Positions 1-12,214 of a stretch of 64,000 bases of DNA are shown here, piece by piece. How positions within the stretch are numbered: the first letter of the stretch is position 1; each line of letters begins with the position of its first letter. A program made the position numbers and the translations under genes. Source of the DNA: Mobula hypostoma (taxonomy: Eukaryota); the NCBI RefSeq assembly GCF_963921235.1, contig NC_086108.1:83950001-84014000 (forward strand), written 5' to 3'. Below the pieces are notes generated by a model that was given only the letters and a program-made list of their open reading frames with translations, was not told the DNA's origin and made no database searches.

Positions 1-39
1 ATTAAACTTGAGATTATATTTCCTTCTGACGCCACAATA

Positions 40-415
40 AGCAGGAGGGTATGTAATAAATGGCAGGATACTGAGCAATGATGAGGAACAAAGGAAAATT
101 ACAGGTCATTCAGATGGTTATAAAAGGCATAAAGGAAGTTTTGATTTATTAGTCAAAGCATGGAATATACAAGTAGGGAGGTTGAGTTTCATTAAAATAA
201 AAGTTCTTGCAGGTTTGACACGGCAGATCCAGGGACAATTTCTCTGTGGTAGAATCAAGGATCACAGTCTCAAAGTAAGTAATCAACTATTAAAACAAGT
301 GAATAGAAGATATTTCTTCATTCAAAAAGTTGGGAACCTTTGGATTTTTTGACCAAAGAAGGCTATGCAGGTTAGAGACTGTGAACAATCAAGGAGACAA
401 TTGGATATTAGGAAA
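40..415 (+). mobile_element. Degenerate CR1 LINE fragment (C-terminal part of ORF2)
   Basis: Translates in pieces as YVINGRILSNDEEQR and resembles the 3' part of the CR1 at 26040-26700 (aggatcacagtctcaaagtaag...tttcttcattcaaaaagttgggaacctttgga); many indels. Confidence 0.7.
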
Positions 416-419
416 ATCA

Positions 420-670
420 GCTCCACCATGAACAGTCCCAAACACAGCTGCAAAAGTAGGAGGGTTGGGTATAGGTGTAGCAACCCTATCCTATTAAAAA
501 CCCCGGCACAACAGAAACACCAACAGAAGCTCCAAAGACTTTATCCCCAGGAGAGGAAGGATCTTAAATGGTCTACACTTTGGGACAACTGGAAAGACTG
601 GATCAGGATAGAGGGCTCTGGCAAGCTGCTGACAGTGGCCTATGCACCAGTAGTGAACACCGGCTTAAAG
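420..670 (+). mobile_element. Short RTE-derived element (RTE ORF C-terminus plus a possible 5' UTR-like piece)
   Basis: ~577-650 reads TLGQLERLDQDRGLWQAADSGLCT, resembling the RTE C-terminal motif (W..LE.LAQDR..WR..V..LC); ends at ggcttaaag. Confidence 0.55.
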
Positions 671-729
671 ACAGAGAGACATAAGTTAAGGTTTATAAGA
701 TTAGTACATGAAAGTGACTGTGAAGTAAA

Positions 730-1195
730 AGCAACACACACAAAATGCAGCATCTATGGAGTGAAATAAACAGATGACGTTTCAGGCTGAGACCCTTCAT
801 CAGAAAGGGGGATGAAGATAGAATAAAAAGATTAGGGGGAGGTTGGGGGAGAAGTGCAAGCAGGCAAGTGATTGGTGCAGCCTGGTGAAGGGGAAGGTGG
901 GTGGATGGGTGAGGGATTGAGATGAAGTGAGAAACCGGGAGGTGAAAGGTGGAAGAAGTAAAAAGCTGCAGGAGGAAGGAATCGGATTGGAGTGGAGATG
1001 AGAGTGGACAGTGGGAGAAAGGGAAGGAGGCGGAGCACCAGAGGGAAGTGATGGGCAGATGAGGAGAAGAGAACGGGTAAGAGGGGAGCCAGAATGGGTA
1101 GTGGATACAGAGAGAACAGGGAAGAGGAGAAAAATTACCAAAAGTTAAGTAATCAATATTCATGTCATCAGGTTGGAGGCTACCCAAGTAAAAGA
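730..1195 (-). mobile_element. Penelope-like element 3' fragment (GIY-YIG C-terminus + terminal repeat)
   Basis: Minus-strand YLGSLQPDDMNIDY matches FRLGSLQPDGMNIDF of the 40981-41433 ORF; followed by a pyrimidine-rich UTR and a hammerhead motif. Confidence 0.85.
771..804 (-). ncRNA. Hammerhead ribozyme core, helix I 5' arm lost
   Basis: Reverse complement: t-CTGATGA-a-gggtctcagcct-GAAAC-GTC-atctg. Confidence 0.6.
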
Positions 1196-1529
1196 ACAGC
1201 CATGATGTTATTAGATGGCTGGATAGGCATGAGGAATCCAATATGCTCCTCCCTTCTATTTCTTAAACTATGCTGGAACCATATCCACGCAAGTTACGAG
1301 TACCATTGAGTACTTCATCTGCATTGGTTACCGTTACCACATTACAGAAAAAAGTGATTGCACTGGACAGGGTGTGTGAGGAAAGATTGTACAGGCTGAT
1401 CATGTTTGCTTTTTAAACAGAGGTGGCTGAGGTGAGATTTCCTTGTGGTAGATGCCGAACCACTTAAAAGTATTTACAGTCAGAGGAGTGGACCAAGTCA
1501 GATCACCCAGGTAAGAGGAAAAGATAGTG

Positions 1530-1740
1530 TGGACACACAAGAGACAGCAGGAGCTGGAACTTGAGGTGACAAATAAGATTATGAAGGAAGTCAACAGGTC
1601 AGGCAGGATTTGTGGGATAAAATGCATATCATTTTATGTTGAGGCCCTTCATCAGAACTCATTCTCAGACCAAAACATCAACTCCCCATTTCCCTCCACA
1701 GTTACTGCCTGACCTGCTGAATTCCTACAGCACCTTGTCC
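1530..1740. mobile_element. Short palindromic element made of two inverted PLE terminal-repeat pieces
   Basis: Left arm caacaggtcaggcagg...ggcccttcatcagaact; right arm accaaaacatcaact...ctgcctgacctgctgaattcc. Confidence 0.7.
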
Positions 1741-2519
1741 CTGACTAAAAAATGATGTGACTCTCATGAGGTTATTTGGTTTATACCAACATTATATTGT
1801 TGTCTTCTTCCTATACTAACTCTTTATAATCAAGGTGAAAATAGTTTTCTCTATGCCAATCGAATCTGCTATCGTTTGAAGTCCATACCCTTATATGTGA
1901 CACAGTATCAACAGCTTTCACAATTACCCTTCCATAGATACAATATTTAGCACATCCAGGATCAAATGGCACATTTTTGCACTTCTCCTGTTCTTTTTAG
2001 AAAAGAATAAAATGTCATGTCATTGACCATTGTATTCAGGTTGAATTTAATAGTCAGATTTATTATAATTTGAATAGAAAAGTTATGTATTGAGTTTTAC
2101 ACTTGAAAACAATAAAGATTGGAATCTCTCTGGAGTGATTCTTCGTAAAACGTAATTTTAGAATTATGCTAAGGTCATTTGTAGCAGTTCTTCACTATCT
2201 GATACCACAACGTTTGTATAATGTAAGAGGTGCAAATTTTGAGTGTCCCAGAAAAATTCAGATTTTCATCAAAACTAAAGACACGTGATTCATTCAATGC
2301 AAATCATGTCCTATTATAACTATAATTTTGAAGTCTAGACTCAAACAATGGGGAATAAAATGAAATGCATCTTTAAGTTCCAAAGAAAATAGTGGTCACT
2401 GTTTTAATCGAGAGAAGCAGTTGTCAACTTGGATTAAGAACACGGAGCAAAGGAGATAAATAAGCAGTTTAGTGGTTTCACTGATGTTGCATCCATTCTA
2501 TGTGTTGTCCTTTGTTCCT

Positions 2520-2690
2520 TAAAAAGTGCCATTGGATCATTTGGGTAGTCAGCCTTATAGTTAACATCTCCTTCAAAAGGCACCATCACTGATAATGCAG
2601 CATTCTCTCGATAGCTGCACTGAAGTGCCAGCTAGCATGATCTTGTCAAGCCCTGCCTCAGAGATAAGAGTGCTGCTATTGACCTGAAGT
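2520..2690 (-). mobile_element. DeuSINE (SacSINE1/AmnSINE1-like) relic
   Basis: aagtgccattggatc...gttaacatctccttcaaaaggcacc...ctgcactgaagtgccagc...ctcagagataagagtgctg resembles the reverse complement of the Deu-domain SINE head and body as recalled; not aligned. Confidence 0.6.
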
Positions 2691-3139
2691 TCCTTTGACA
2701 GGGTTAATCATACATATTATTATCTTGTCAGTGCCTCTGCATACTTTTAGATCTTTTCAACATTTCATCAATTAGAGGAACTTTACTCTTTCACAACCAT
2801 TCTAACAGTCAGCAAATAATAAAATTACATCTTATTGTGATAGATCAATATGAAGTGAATTTTGAAACAAACAAATAGAAGCAAAATATTGTGGCTCCTA
2901 CAATTCTGAAATAAAAACACAGAAAATGCTCAATATACACATCAGATCACTGATGATACTTCAGACCACTGATATTTAATCAGAACTTAAAAAGTTACAC
3001 ATGCTATTGTTTTTAAGCAAGGGAAGAGGAAGAAGAAGGTAGAATAAATTTGAGTGTGTGAAGGCAGGAACGTCTAATTGACGATGAACCTAATGGAGAA
3101 GGTACTGGGACATGTAAAGAAGAAGAAAACAGATCCTGA

Positions 3140-3410
3140 AGATCACAAGCACAAGAGATTCTGCAAATGCTGGAAATGTTGAGCAGCACACACTTGCTGG
3201 AGGAACTCAGCAAGTCAGGCAGCGTCCGTGGAGGGGAATAAACAACCGAAATGCTAATAGGAGACTGTGGAAAAAAAGCAGAGACAGTGGTAATGATCTG
3301 TGACAGAAATCATGACAAAACATTCTTCCAAAGATTATTAATCCAAAGTGTTAACTCCGATTCTTTCTCCACAGACGAAAGTTAACCTGATGAGTTTTTC
3401 CTCTATATTT
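3140..3410. mobile_element. Degenerate inverted pair of PLE terminal-repeat pieces
   Basis: caagagattctgcaaatgctggaaat...gctggaggaactcagcaagtcaggcagc (3150-3225) and inverted tttctccacagacg...acctgatgagttt (3362-3400). Confidence 0.65.
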
Positions 3411-4374
3411 TATGGTCTGGATCTTGTTGAGAAGACACTGACATTTACTTTTTTAAAAAGAAGCAGGACTAAGATTTCCATGCATGCTTTGCCACCTCAC
3501 AGATTACACTGGGGTTTATAGAGCTGAGGCCCTTAAGCTATAGAGAAGGCAGGTTCCTTTTCTTTAAATTATTGCAAATTAGTTTAACATTTCAATTATT
3601 TACATGTTTTAGATCTTGTTAATTTAAAAAATTAAATGGTTTAATATTTGCATATTATGAATTTCATTTGTAAAGTCAGTAGTAGAAAAATGAATTAATG
3701 ACTCTTTCAGCGTATACAGCAGATAAAATTGGGTTGAGTTTTGCCCATTTTGTCAGGGATGCTCCACACTGTGACTTATGTGGGGCTTTGTCAGGAATGT
3801 TCCTCACTATGGCACTGGAAGCCAAGCCATTGCTCACATCATACCACTATGCACATGCAACTCTATGAAGGCCTGCTTTGGACAAGTGAGGTAGACATTC
3901 AAATCCGGTGCTGACAGAGGGTGTCTTTGGGCAGTTGACTCAAGCTTGAGCCAGTACAATTCAGGCTATATTTATTGAAAACAGGATCAAATCCAGAAGA
4001 TTGTAAAATCCACCTCTGCTAGAGTAACATTAGATGAGTGAAGGAAGATGTAATGTGATCTGAAGTGGGAGTGTCACAGAGAAGTACAATGCCAAGCACA
4101 GAAGGCATTTGTAGTCTGAATATTCACATTCAGCAAAGCCACCATCCAAACTGTGTTGGTTCTATCAACATAGAAAAGATCTCCTATAGCATGTTACACT
4201 GAAAAACAGATAAAAATCGCTCTGCCCTGGAAGGAGGACTTGAGGTCCTGGACAATGGGATAGAAGGAAGTGAAATGCATAGCATTGCTTTTCATGGATT
4301 TGCATGCAGGGGTGTGGTAGGAAGGGGATCTGAAAGACTAGCCCTTCCTTTCTCAATGGATGTTCCCTCAATTG

Positions 4375-4515
4375 ACCTAGAGCAGGGTTCCTTCAGGTGC
4401 TCTGGTTTCCTCCCACTTGGGTTAGTGGGTCAATTGATCACATGGGTGAAATTGGATGACATGGGGCTTGCTGGGCTGGAAGAGCCTGCTACCATACTGT
4501 ATCTCTAAATAAAAC
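4375..4515 (+). mobile_element. V-SINE (HE1-like) 3' part
   Basis: V-domain core gggttccttcaggtgctctggtttcctcccac and CR1-type tail gggctggaagagcctgctaccatactgtatctctaaataaa. Confidence 0.7.
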
Positions 4516-5749
4516 ATTGAGTACTTGTCTCCATCAAAAGAATAGCATCCAGAGTCTACTACAGTGTTCCCCATACTTTTCATCCGAGTTCTTCCATATT
4601 CAATTATACAACTTTTTAAATTAATTCTGTAATTCTGCTTAACGGGGAGAAATTTTCTGGGAATGTTCACTGCACATATGTCTCATGTCATTTCATGTCA
4701 GCCGTAGCCAAGGGTCTAAAAGGATCATGAGCTGGAAATTATATTTGATTTCACATTGTTCCTGTGCACTTGGAGTTTAGAGTAATTATAAATTGCTTTC
4801 ACAATGGGCATGGACAGAGATATGAAATGGACAGTGACAATCTTTTTGATATTGTGTACATAAGATGGGAGCAGTACAGAAAAGCACTTGCATGCAGAAA
4901 CAAGCCTTAGGATGGATTGTGGCTTGCTCCTGCATTATGTACATGGAACCTGACTGAGGCATCCATATTCCTCCAATCGATATTCAAAGCTCCTTTCCCA
5001 TCTCCTTATTGTGGATGACCATGTGTCTTCATTACCTTCCCAATCATTCTGCCTGTCGCCCTTATTCAACCCTCAGTCCATCAACTGCACATCTGCCAGG
5101 TAAACCATTCACAGCCCACCCCAATCTTCACCCCCTCCGATTGTTCTTTCAATTGAACTCACTCAATATTCTACTCCAAGCAATTAACCCGGGCTAACCA
5201 CAAATCTTCGCACAATCATCTTTCTTCTGCAGCTATTTCTCCAACCACTTAATCATCGGCCCATTTATAATCCTTTCCTCCTAAACCAATGCCTAATGCT
5301 TGCATGATCTCACAAATGAATGACCTTTGATAAAAGTTCTGCATATAAGAACCATTGGATAGAGTACCATGCAGTAGAATATCACTGGGGGTGCACTCTC
5401 AGTTCTATCCTATACAGACAAGCTAGACTCAAGAAACTTTTCCTTTAACTTAGAGTTCCAAGCTCCATGTACCATCATCATATGATTTGGAATAGCACTT
5501 CCCACAAAGTGGAGCATTATATTGGTACTTCAAGATTAACTTGCCTTGATGATAAGGTAATTAAAGTATTTTTTAAAAAAGCCTTCTGTCCTGTCTGAAT
5601 TTCCCAAAAAAAAAAGCAGTTTGGACTCTTTTGTAAACCTTCCTACACTGACTCACTGAAAGAATAAAAAAGTCAAATTACAAAACTCGCTTGTATCCAC
5701 TTCAGGTCAATTTCATTATAAAATGGTGATAATTTATCAGCTGGGATTT

Positions 5750-6180
5750 TGGAAAGTATGTATGAGGAACATTTGATAGCTCTGGGCCTGTACCCGCTGG
5801 AGTTTAGAAGAATGAGGGACAATCTCCTTGAAACCTACTGAATTTTGATAGGCCGAGGTAGAGTGGATGTGGAGAGGATGTTTCCTATAGTCAGTGAGTC
5901 TAGGCCCAGAGGGCACAACCTCAGAATGGAGAGACGACCCTGTGGAATAGAGATGAGGCAAAATTTTTGTAGCCAGTGGGTGGTGAATCTGTGGAATTTG
6001 TTGCCACATGTGGCTGTGTAAACCAAGTTGTTGGGTATATTTAAAGCAGTGACTGATAGGTTCTTGATTAATAAGGGCATCTAAGGTTACAGGAAGAATG
6101 CAGGAGAATGGGTTTGAGATGGAATGGTAGAGCAGACTTGATGGGTTGAATGGCCTAATTCTGCTCTATGTCTTAGGGCC
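5750..6180 (+). mobile_element. 5'-truncated CR1 (HER1-like) 3' end
   Basis: YEEHLIALGLYPLEFRRMR-like coding; 3' hairpin/tail tgggttgaatggcctaattctgctctatgtctta; homologous to 26360-26808. Confidence 0.9.
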
Positions 6181-7141
6181 TTAAAATACTATCTGTTTTT
6201 TCTCAGGACGTTTTGACCTAAAATTATGTTTGTACACAATGGGAGTGAACAGGAAGTGATTTACACCATTGGAATTTTATGCTTGGATTAGAACGATGCA
6301 TGAATCAGTTATCATTTAACTTAGTAATAAGTATATTGAAATGGCTGTTGATGCTTATAATTATAAGATTTCATTATATCATTGTTTATGTTATAGCTAT
6401 GGTATAAGATGGTAGAATATTCACAGGACTATTTGGTACAGTATGCACAATGTTTATGCTGCAAAAGAGGCCACAGAAAACAAAGGCAAATTGCCAGTCA
6501 TTACGCAAACTCATAACTCATTGGAGCAGACTGCATTTTAACTTTTTTCTCAACATAAATAACTTTTATTTTCCACTTGAATTTGCTGACCTCCATCTGC
6601 CCTGTCAATTTCAAGGTTCTGCTGCGTAGATCAAGATGAAAGATGGCATTTCTTGTACATAATATGACAGGCACGAGATCAAGAGTAATGAAGCTTTTCC
6701 AATTAAAAGGAGTCGGATTTGAATCATGGGGACAACTGGTTGTGATTAAGTCTACCCTCTGGTTTGAACTGTCTGGTATGAATGACCATGCTATGGGTCT
6801 CCTCATAGATGCTATATTTCTATTTATCCTCAAAGTGAAGTGGCATTTCCTCTATTGTAAGTGGTAGTGTCCTGACTGGCAGTCCTCAAGCCACTTATGA
6901 AGAGTTGAGTTCATGGCTCAGACTTAGTTTGTTTGCGTTTGCTGTAGGGATAGAACTCACCCTGCAGTTTGAGAAGGAGAAGCTAGAGTCAGATGTATCA
7001 GTATTACAGTGGAGTAAAGGGAATTTCAGAGGCACTAGAGAGGAGCTGGCCAAAGTTGATTAGAAGGGGACACTAGCAGGGAGGATGGCAGAATAGCAGT
7101 GGCTGGAATTTGGTGCAGGATAGATAAAACCCCAAAAATGA

Positions 7142-7226
7142 ATTAGATTATTAGATTAGATTATGAGGACACGTAGTCCTCTTTTATTGTCATTTAGTAA
7201 TGCATGCATTAAGAAATGATACAATA
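7142..7226 (-). mobile_element. 3' tail of the non-autonomous retroposon seen at 20010-20677, inserted in CR1
   Basis: attagattatgaggacacgtagtcctcttttattgtcatttagtaatgcatgcattaagaaatgata is a near reverse complement of 20600-20677. Confidence 0.75.
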
Positions 7227-7414
7227 TTCTTAAGGGAGGGTGATGCAACCATGACTGACAAGAGAAGTCAAAGACAACATAAAAGCAAAAGAGAGTGCAT
7301 ATGCTATAGCAAAAATTAGTGTGAGGTTAGAGAATTGGTAACCTTTTAAAAAGCAACAGAAAGCTACCAAGAAAGTCATAGGAAAAAAGGTGAATTATCA
7401 AGGTAAGCTGGCCA

Positions 7415-7680
7415 TTAGCGAGATGCCATTACAGCTTGGGGTAGAGTTCAGAGTTCCATTCTGAAGTCATCCGTGAAGAGCCTGTACGACCTCCCCGTGC
7501 AGTGTGTGGGTTTTCTCCAGCTGCTGTGGTTTTCTCCCACAGTCCAAAGTTCCACTGGTTAGTAGGTTAAATTGTCATTATAAATTGTCCCATGATTTGG
7601 CTATTATTAAATTGGGGATTGCTGGGCAGTGTGGCTCAAAGGCCAGAAGGGACCCACTCCATGCTGTATCTCAGTAAATC
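7415..7680 (+). mobile_element. V-SINE inserted in CR1
   Basis: gtgtgggttttctccagctgctgtggtttctcccacagtccaaag V-domain; tail ggccagaagggacccactccatgctgtatctcagtaaa. Confidence 0.75.
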
Positions 7681-9454
7681 ATGGAAAAGAGGATACCCAG
7701 TGCTTTTTCAGATAGATTAAGAGTTAAAGAGAGATGAGTGTGAATATCAGACCACTGGATAATGAGCTGGAAAGGTAGTCACAGGGGACAAAGAAATGGC
7801 ACACATCTTAATCATCAACAGTATGCCAGAAATGTGAGAATGTTAGGGGGCAGAAGTGAGTATAGTTGCTATTTATAAGGAGAATGTGCTTGAGAAGCTG
7901 AAAGGTCTGAAGGTAGATAAGTCACCTGAACCAGATGGATCATACCCCAGAGTTCTGACATGGGAAGTGAAAGAGATTGTGGTGGCATTAGCAATGATCC
8001 TTTAAGATTCACGAGATTCTGGAATGATTCCGGATGACTGGAAAATTGCAAATATCACTCCACTCTTTTAGAAGGGAGGGAGGGAGAAGAAAGGAAATTA
8101 TAAGCCAGTTAATCTGACCCTCAGTGTGTGAAAAGATTTTGGAGTCCATTATTAAGGATGAGGTTTCCAGGTACTTGGAGACACATGATAAAATAGACCA
8201 AAGATAGCATGGTTTCCTCAAGGGGAGATCTTTCCTGACAAATCTGTAGGAATTCTTTAAAGAAATAATAAGCAGGATAGTCAAAGGAGAGTCAGTGGAT
8301 GTAGTATACTTGGATTTTCAGAAAGCCTTTGACAAGGTGCTGCACATGAAGCTGCTTAACAAGATAGGCACCCATGGTAACACAGGAAAGATACTAGCAT
8401 GGATAGAAGATTGGCTGACTGGCAGGAGGCAAAGGGTGGGAATGAAGGGGGCTACTCTGGTTGCTTGCCAGTGACTAGTGGTGTCCCGCATGAGTTGGTA
8501 TTGGTACTGCTTCTTTTCACGATTTGGATGATGGAATTGATGGCTTTGTGGCCAGGGTTGCAGACAGTACGAGGTAGGTGGAGGGACAGGTAGTGTGCAG
8601 AAGCAGGCAGTCTGCAGAAGGTCTTAGATATATTGGGAGAATAGACAAAGAAGTGGCAGATGTAATCTAGTGTAGGGAAGTGGATGGTCATGCACTTTGG
8701 TAGAAGGAACGAAGGTGCGGACTGTTTTCTAAATGGAAAGAAAATTCAAAATTCAGAGGTGCAAAGGAAGTTGGGAGTCCTTGTGTAGGATTCCCTAAAG
8801 GTTAACTTGCAGGTTGAGTCAGTGGTAAGAAAGGCAAATGTAATGTTAACGTTCATTTTGAATGGTCTAAAATATAAAAGGTTGTAGTACTGAGGCTTTA
8901 TAGGGCAGTTGTCAGACTGCACGAAGTATTGACAGCCATTTTGGGCCCCTTACCTAGGAAAAGATATGTTGGCATTTGATAGGCTCCAGTGGAGGTTCAC
9001 GAGAATGATTCCGGAAATTAAAGGATTAATGTATGAGGAGCATTTGATGGCTCTGGGCCTGTACTTGCTGGAGTTTAGAAGAATGAAGGGGGGAATCTCA
9101 TTGAACCCTATTGAATATTGATAGACAGAGTAGATGTGGAGAGGATGTTTCCTATAATGGGGGAGAATAGGACCAAAGGGCACAGCCTCAGATTAGAGGG
9201 GCTTCCATTTAGAACACAGATGAGGAAAAATGTCTTTAGCCAGTTAATTGCTGAAGACTACTGTGGAGTCTATGTGATTGAGTATATTTAAAGCGGAGGT
9301 TGATAGGTGCTTGATTAGTTGGGGTGTCAAAAGCTATGGGGAGAGAGGGGAAGAGAGGAGGAGAATAGAGTTGAGAGGGATAATAAATCAGCCATGATAG
9401 AAAGGTGGAGCAGATGATGGGCCAAATAACCTAATTCTGTTCTTATGAATGGTT

Positions 9455-9975
9455 TTTGGGACCAGTATGGGATATCAAGGGTCAGGTTAGAGGTTGGGAC
9501 AGGGATGAGGGGAGTGAGAAGTCAGGGGCATTAAATGATTGGAAGCCCAAGATCAGTTGGCACATCCTGAGGCTGGAGTCTTGTGATTGGTGAGTCCTGG
9601 GGTTGAACCCCATAGGTCAGCAAGTTCGGAGGTCAGAATCAGGAGGTTGAAGCCCCTAGGCCGTCGAGTCTGGAGGTCAGAGGCCCAACATATGTGAGCC
9701 CAGGGCCATGGTCTGGAGGTCAGAAGCCTGGAGGGGGCCTGTTCTGGGATTGGATTGTGTGTGTAGGTGGGGTGGGGAGTGAGAAGGTGGTTTGTTTCGC
9801 TGTTGTTGCTTGTTGTGTGTTGACTGTGTGTTGTTGTGCTGAACACTGTGAGCGCCAGAATATGTAGCGACGTTTGCAGGCTGCCCCAGCATATCTTCTG
9901 ATTGTGTTGGTTGTTAATGCAAACAACGCAGTTCACTGTATGTTTCAATGTACACCTGAACCTAATCTAATCTGG
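9455..9975 (+). mobile_element. Non-autonomous retroposon with Rex1-like 3' tail
   Basis: Internal short repeats (gtctggaggtcaga x2); tail ttcactgtatgtttcaatgtacac...ctaatctaatct shared with 19860-19975 and 33325-33930. Confidence 0.55.
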
Positions 9976-10593
9976 TGATTTATTTAAGTGGAACATTGCC
10001 TCATATCACAGATTTTCCATTCGAGATCATGTAACAGTTTTTGCCTCAGTTTTGTCTGAGTGTACTGAAGCCGATTGCAAGGTCTCAAAGCAATCTCAGT
10101 TAAAAATCTGCAAACTCATGGCATGCATGACTCATGAGGTACTTATCCACTTAGGCATCAGGGAGCCCATGAAACTCCACTCATTTATTGAATGGACAAA
10201 GAGTGTGTTATTAAATTGTTGATCTGATGCAATAGATTACCCTTGTTAACACCCTGAGATGGCTAACTAATCAGAAATTCAAACAGACTGATATCAATGG
10301 TGTCTGTTCCCTACTAGGCCATTTAGAGCAAGTTAGTACATGGTTCCTCTATTATATCCAATAGAAAAGTTCCTCTTTCTACATTACAATGCCAGACCTT
10401 AAACCTTTACCGATAATCACTACAGGACACATGTGACATACTGTTAACGTTTCAGCCTTAAGGAGTTGAACCAATAAATCTGAACCTGAAAGGCCCCCAA
10501 CAATGCAAATTCACAATAGATCTGCTCTGAGTTGCTCATTCCTTACGTCACTACTCTAGTTGAAGTCTACTGTGTACATTCCTCGGTCTGTAG

Positions 10594-10678
10594 GTGCACA
10601 GGGGTGTCAATCACCCCAAACAGTTCTGTCAGGCTTTTCAATTGTATCAACCCGACGGCAGCCTACGAATACTGCAGG
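10594..10678 (+). other. Candidate internal exon (85 bp), product unknown
   Basis: Acceptor cattcctcggtctgtAG|g and donor cagg|GTaagg in unique sequence; all three frames open; no recognisable protein. Confidence 0.3.
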
Positions 10679-10814
10679 GTAAGGAAACATACCAACTTCT
10701 CATATTTGTCATATCAGAGGTCACATACCTGTTGCCCATTTCAAACAGATTTATATTTCATGCACCCAACCATAAACAGTTTTTCAATACTGAATAAAAA
10801 TGACTTGGTTTTAT

Positions 10815-11080
10815 AATTAGGGGGGACAATTTTAAGATGATTGGAGGGAAGTACAAGGGGAATGACAGAGAGAAGTTTTTTTTTAATACACAGAGTGGTG
10901 GGAGTGTGGAATGTCCTGCCAAGGGTGGTGGTGGAGGCAGATACATCAAGAACATTGAAGAAACTCATAGGCACATGGATCAAAGGGAAAATGGAGGGTG
11001 ACGTAGAAGGGAAGGGTTAAGTAGAGTAGTCTAAAATTTGGCACAACATTATGGGCCAAAGGACTTGTAATGTTCTATTT
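10815..11080 (+). mobile_element. CR1 3' end fragment
   Basis: ttttaagatgattggagggaagtacaagggg...cagagtggtgggagtgtggaatgtcctgcc...ttatgggccaaaggacttgtaatgttctat. Confidence 0.8.
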
Positions 11081-12070
11081 TCCACGTTCAATGATTGTGC
11101 CTCCTTATATAGCACTCCACTGTAGTTCAGCATTTAGCACCATCGCTCCCACAGTCCTGATCAAAAAGCTACAGAACGTGAGGCTCCGTTTCTCATCCTG
11201 CAACTGGATCCTCGACAAGATGACCACAATCTGTGCAGATTGGAAATAACATCTCCACCTCACTGACAATTAACACTGGCGCTCCATGGGATGTGTGCTT
11301 AATCCATTGCTCTACTCTCTCTACATCCACGACTGTGAGGCTAGGCATAGCTCAAACAGCATCTATAAATTTGCTGATGATACAACCATTGCTGGCAGAG
11401 TTTCAGATGATGGACTGAGGACGTACAGGAGCGAGATATGCCAGTTAGTTGAGTGCTGTTGCAGTGACAACCTGGCACTCAACATCAGCAAGACCAAAGA
11501 GCTGATTGTGGACTTCAGGAAGGGTAGGATGAGAGAACACAAACCAATCCTCACAAAGGGATCAGAAGTGGAGAGAGTCAGCAATTTCAGGTTCTGGGTT
11601 GTCAATATTTCTGACTTGGCAGCAACATATTGATGCAGCCATAAAGAAGGCAAGACAGCGGCTATATTTCATAAGGAGTTCAAGGAGATTTGATTTGTCA
11701 ACTAACACACTCAAAAACTTCTACAAATGTACCATGGAGAGCATTCTGACCAGCTTGATCACCATCAGGTATGGGGGAGCTACTGTACAGGATCGAAATA
11801 AGTTGCAGAAACTTGTAAAATTGGTCATCTCCATCATGGGTACGAGCCTCTTTAGTATCCAGAACATCTTCAAGGAGCGATGCCTTAGGAAGGTATTGTC
11901 CATCATTAATGACCCCCACCACCCAGGACATGCCCTCTTCTCATTGTGACCCTAAGGTAGGAGGTACAGAAGCCTGAAGCCACACACTCAGCGATTCAGG
12001 AACAGCTTCTTCCCCTCTGCCATCTGATTTCTAAACGGACATTGAACCCATGAACACTACCTCACTACCT

Positions 12071-12108
12071 CAGTTCTGATGAAGGGTCTCGGCCCAAAAC
12101 GTCAACTG
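12071..12108 (+). ncRNA. Hammerhead motif with G12A core mutation (probably inactive)
   Basis: cagtt-CTGATGA-a-gggt ctcg gccc-AAAAC-GTC-aactg; helix I cagtt/aactg pairs perfectly. Confidence 0.7.
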
Positions 12109-12214
12109 TTTACTCTTTTCCATAGATGCTGTTTGACCTGCTGAACTCCTCCAGCATTTTGTATGTGTTGCTTGGATTTCCAGCATCTGCAGATTTTCTC
12201 TTGTTTGTGATTGG
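12071..12214 (+). mobile_element. 144-bp PLE terminal fragment (hammerhead + tail) inserted in the Rex1 3' UTR
   Basis: Starts at hammerhead helix I and ends after ccagcatctgcagattttctcttgtttg; actacctca(ct) occurs on both sides (12056-12072 and 12215-12225). Confidence 0.85.

Larger units (their letters stand above)
6965..9447 (+). mobile_element. Degenerate CR1 LINE (end of endonuclease through RT to 3' end) with two nested insertions
   Basis: Colinear with 24570-26808 (KSPEPDG, YLDFQKAFDKV, VTSGVP segments); many stops and frameshifts. Confidence 0.9.

Noticed and set aside
365..769. 134-aa ORF as a gene
   Set aside because: It spans three unrelated repeat fragments (CR1, RTE, PLE) and is out of frame with the RTE motif.
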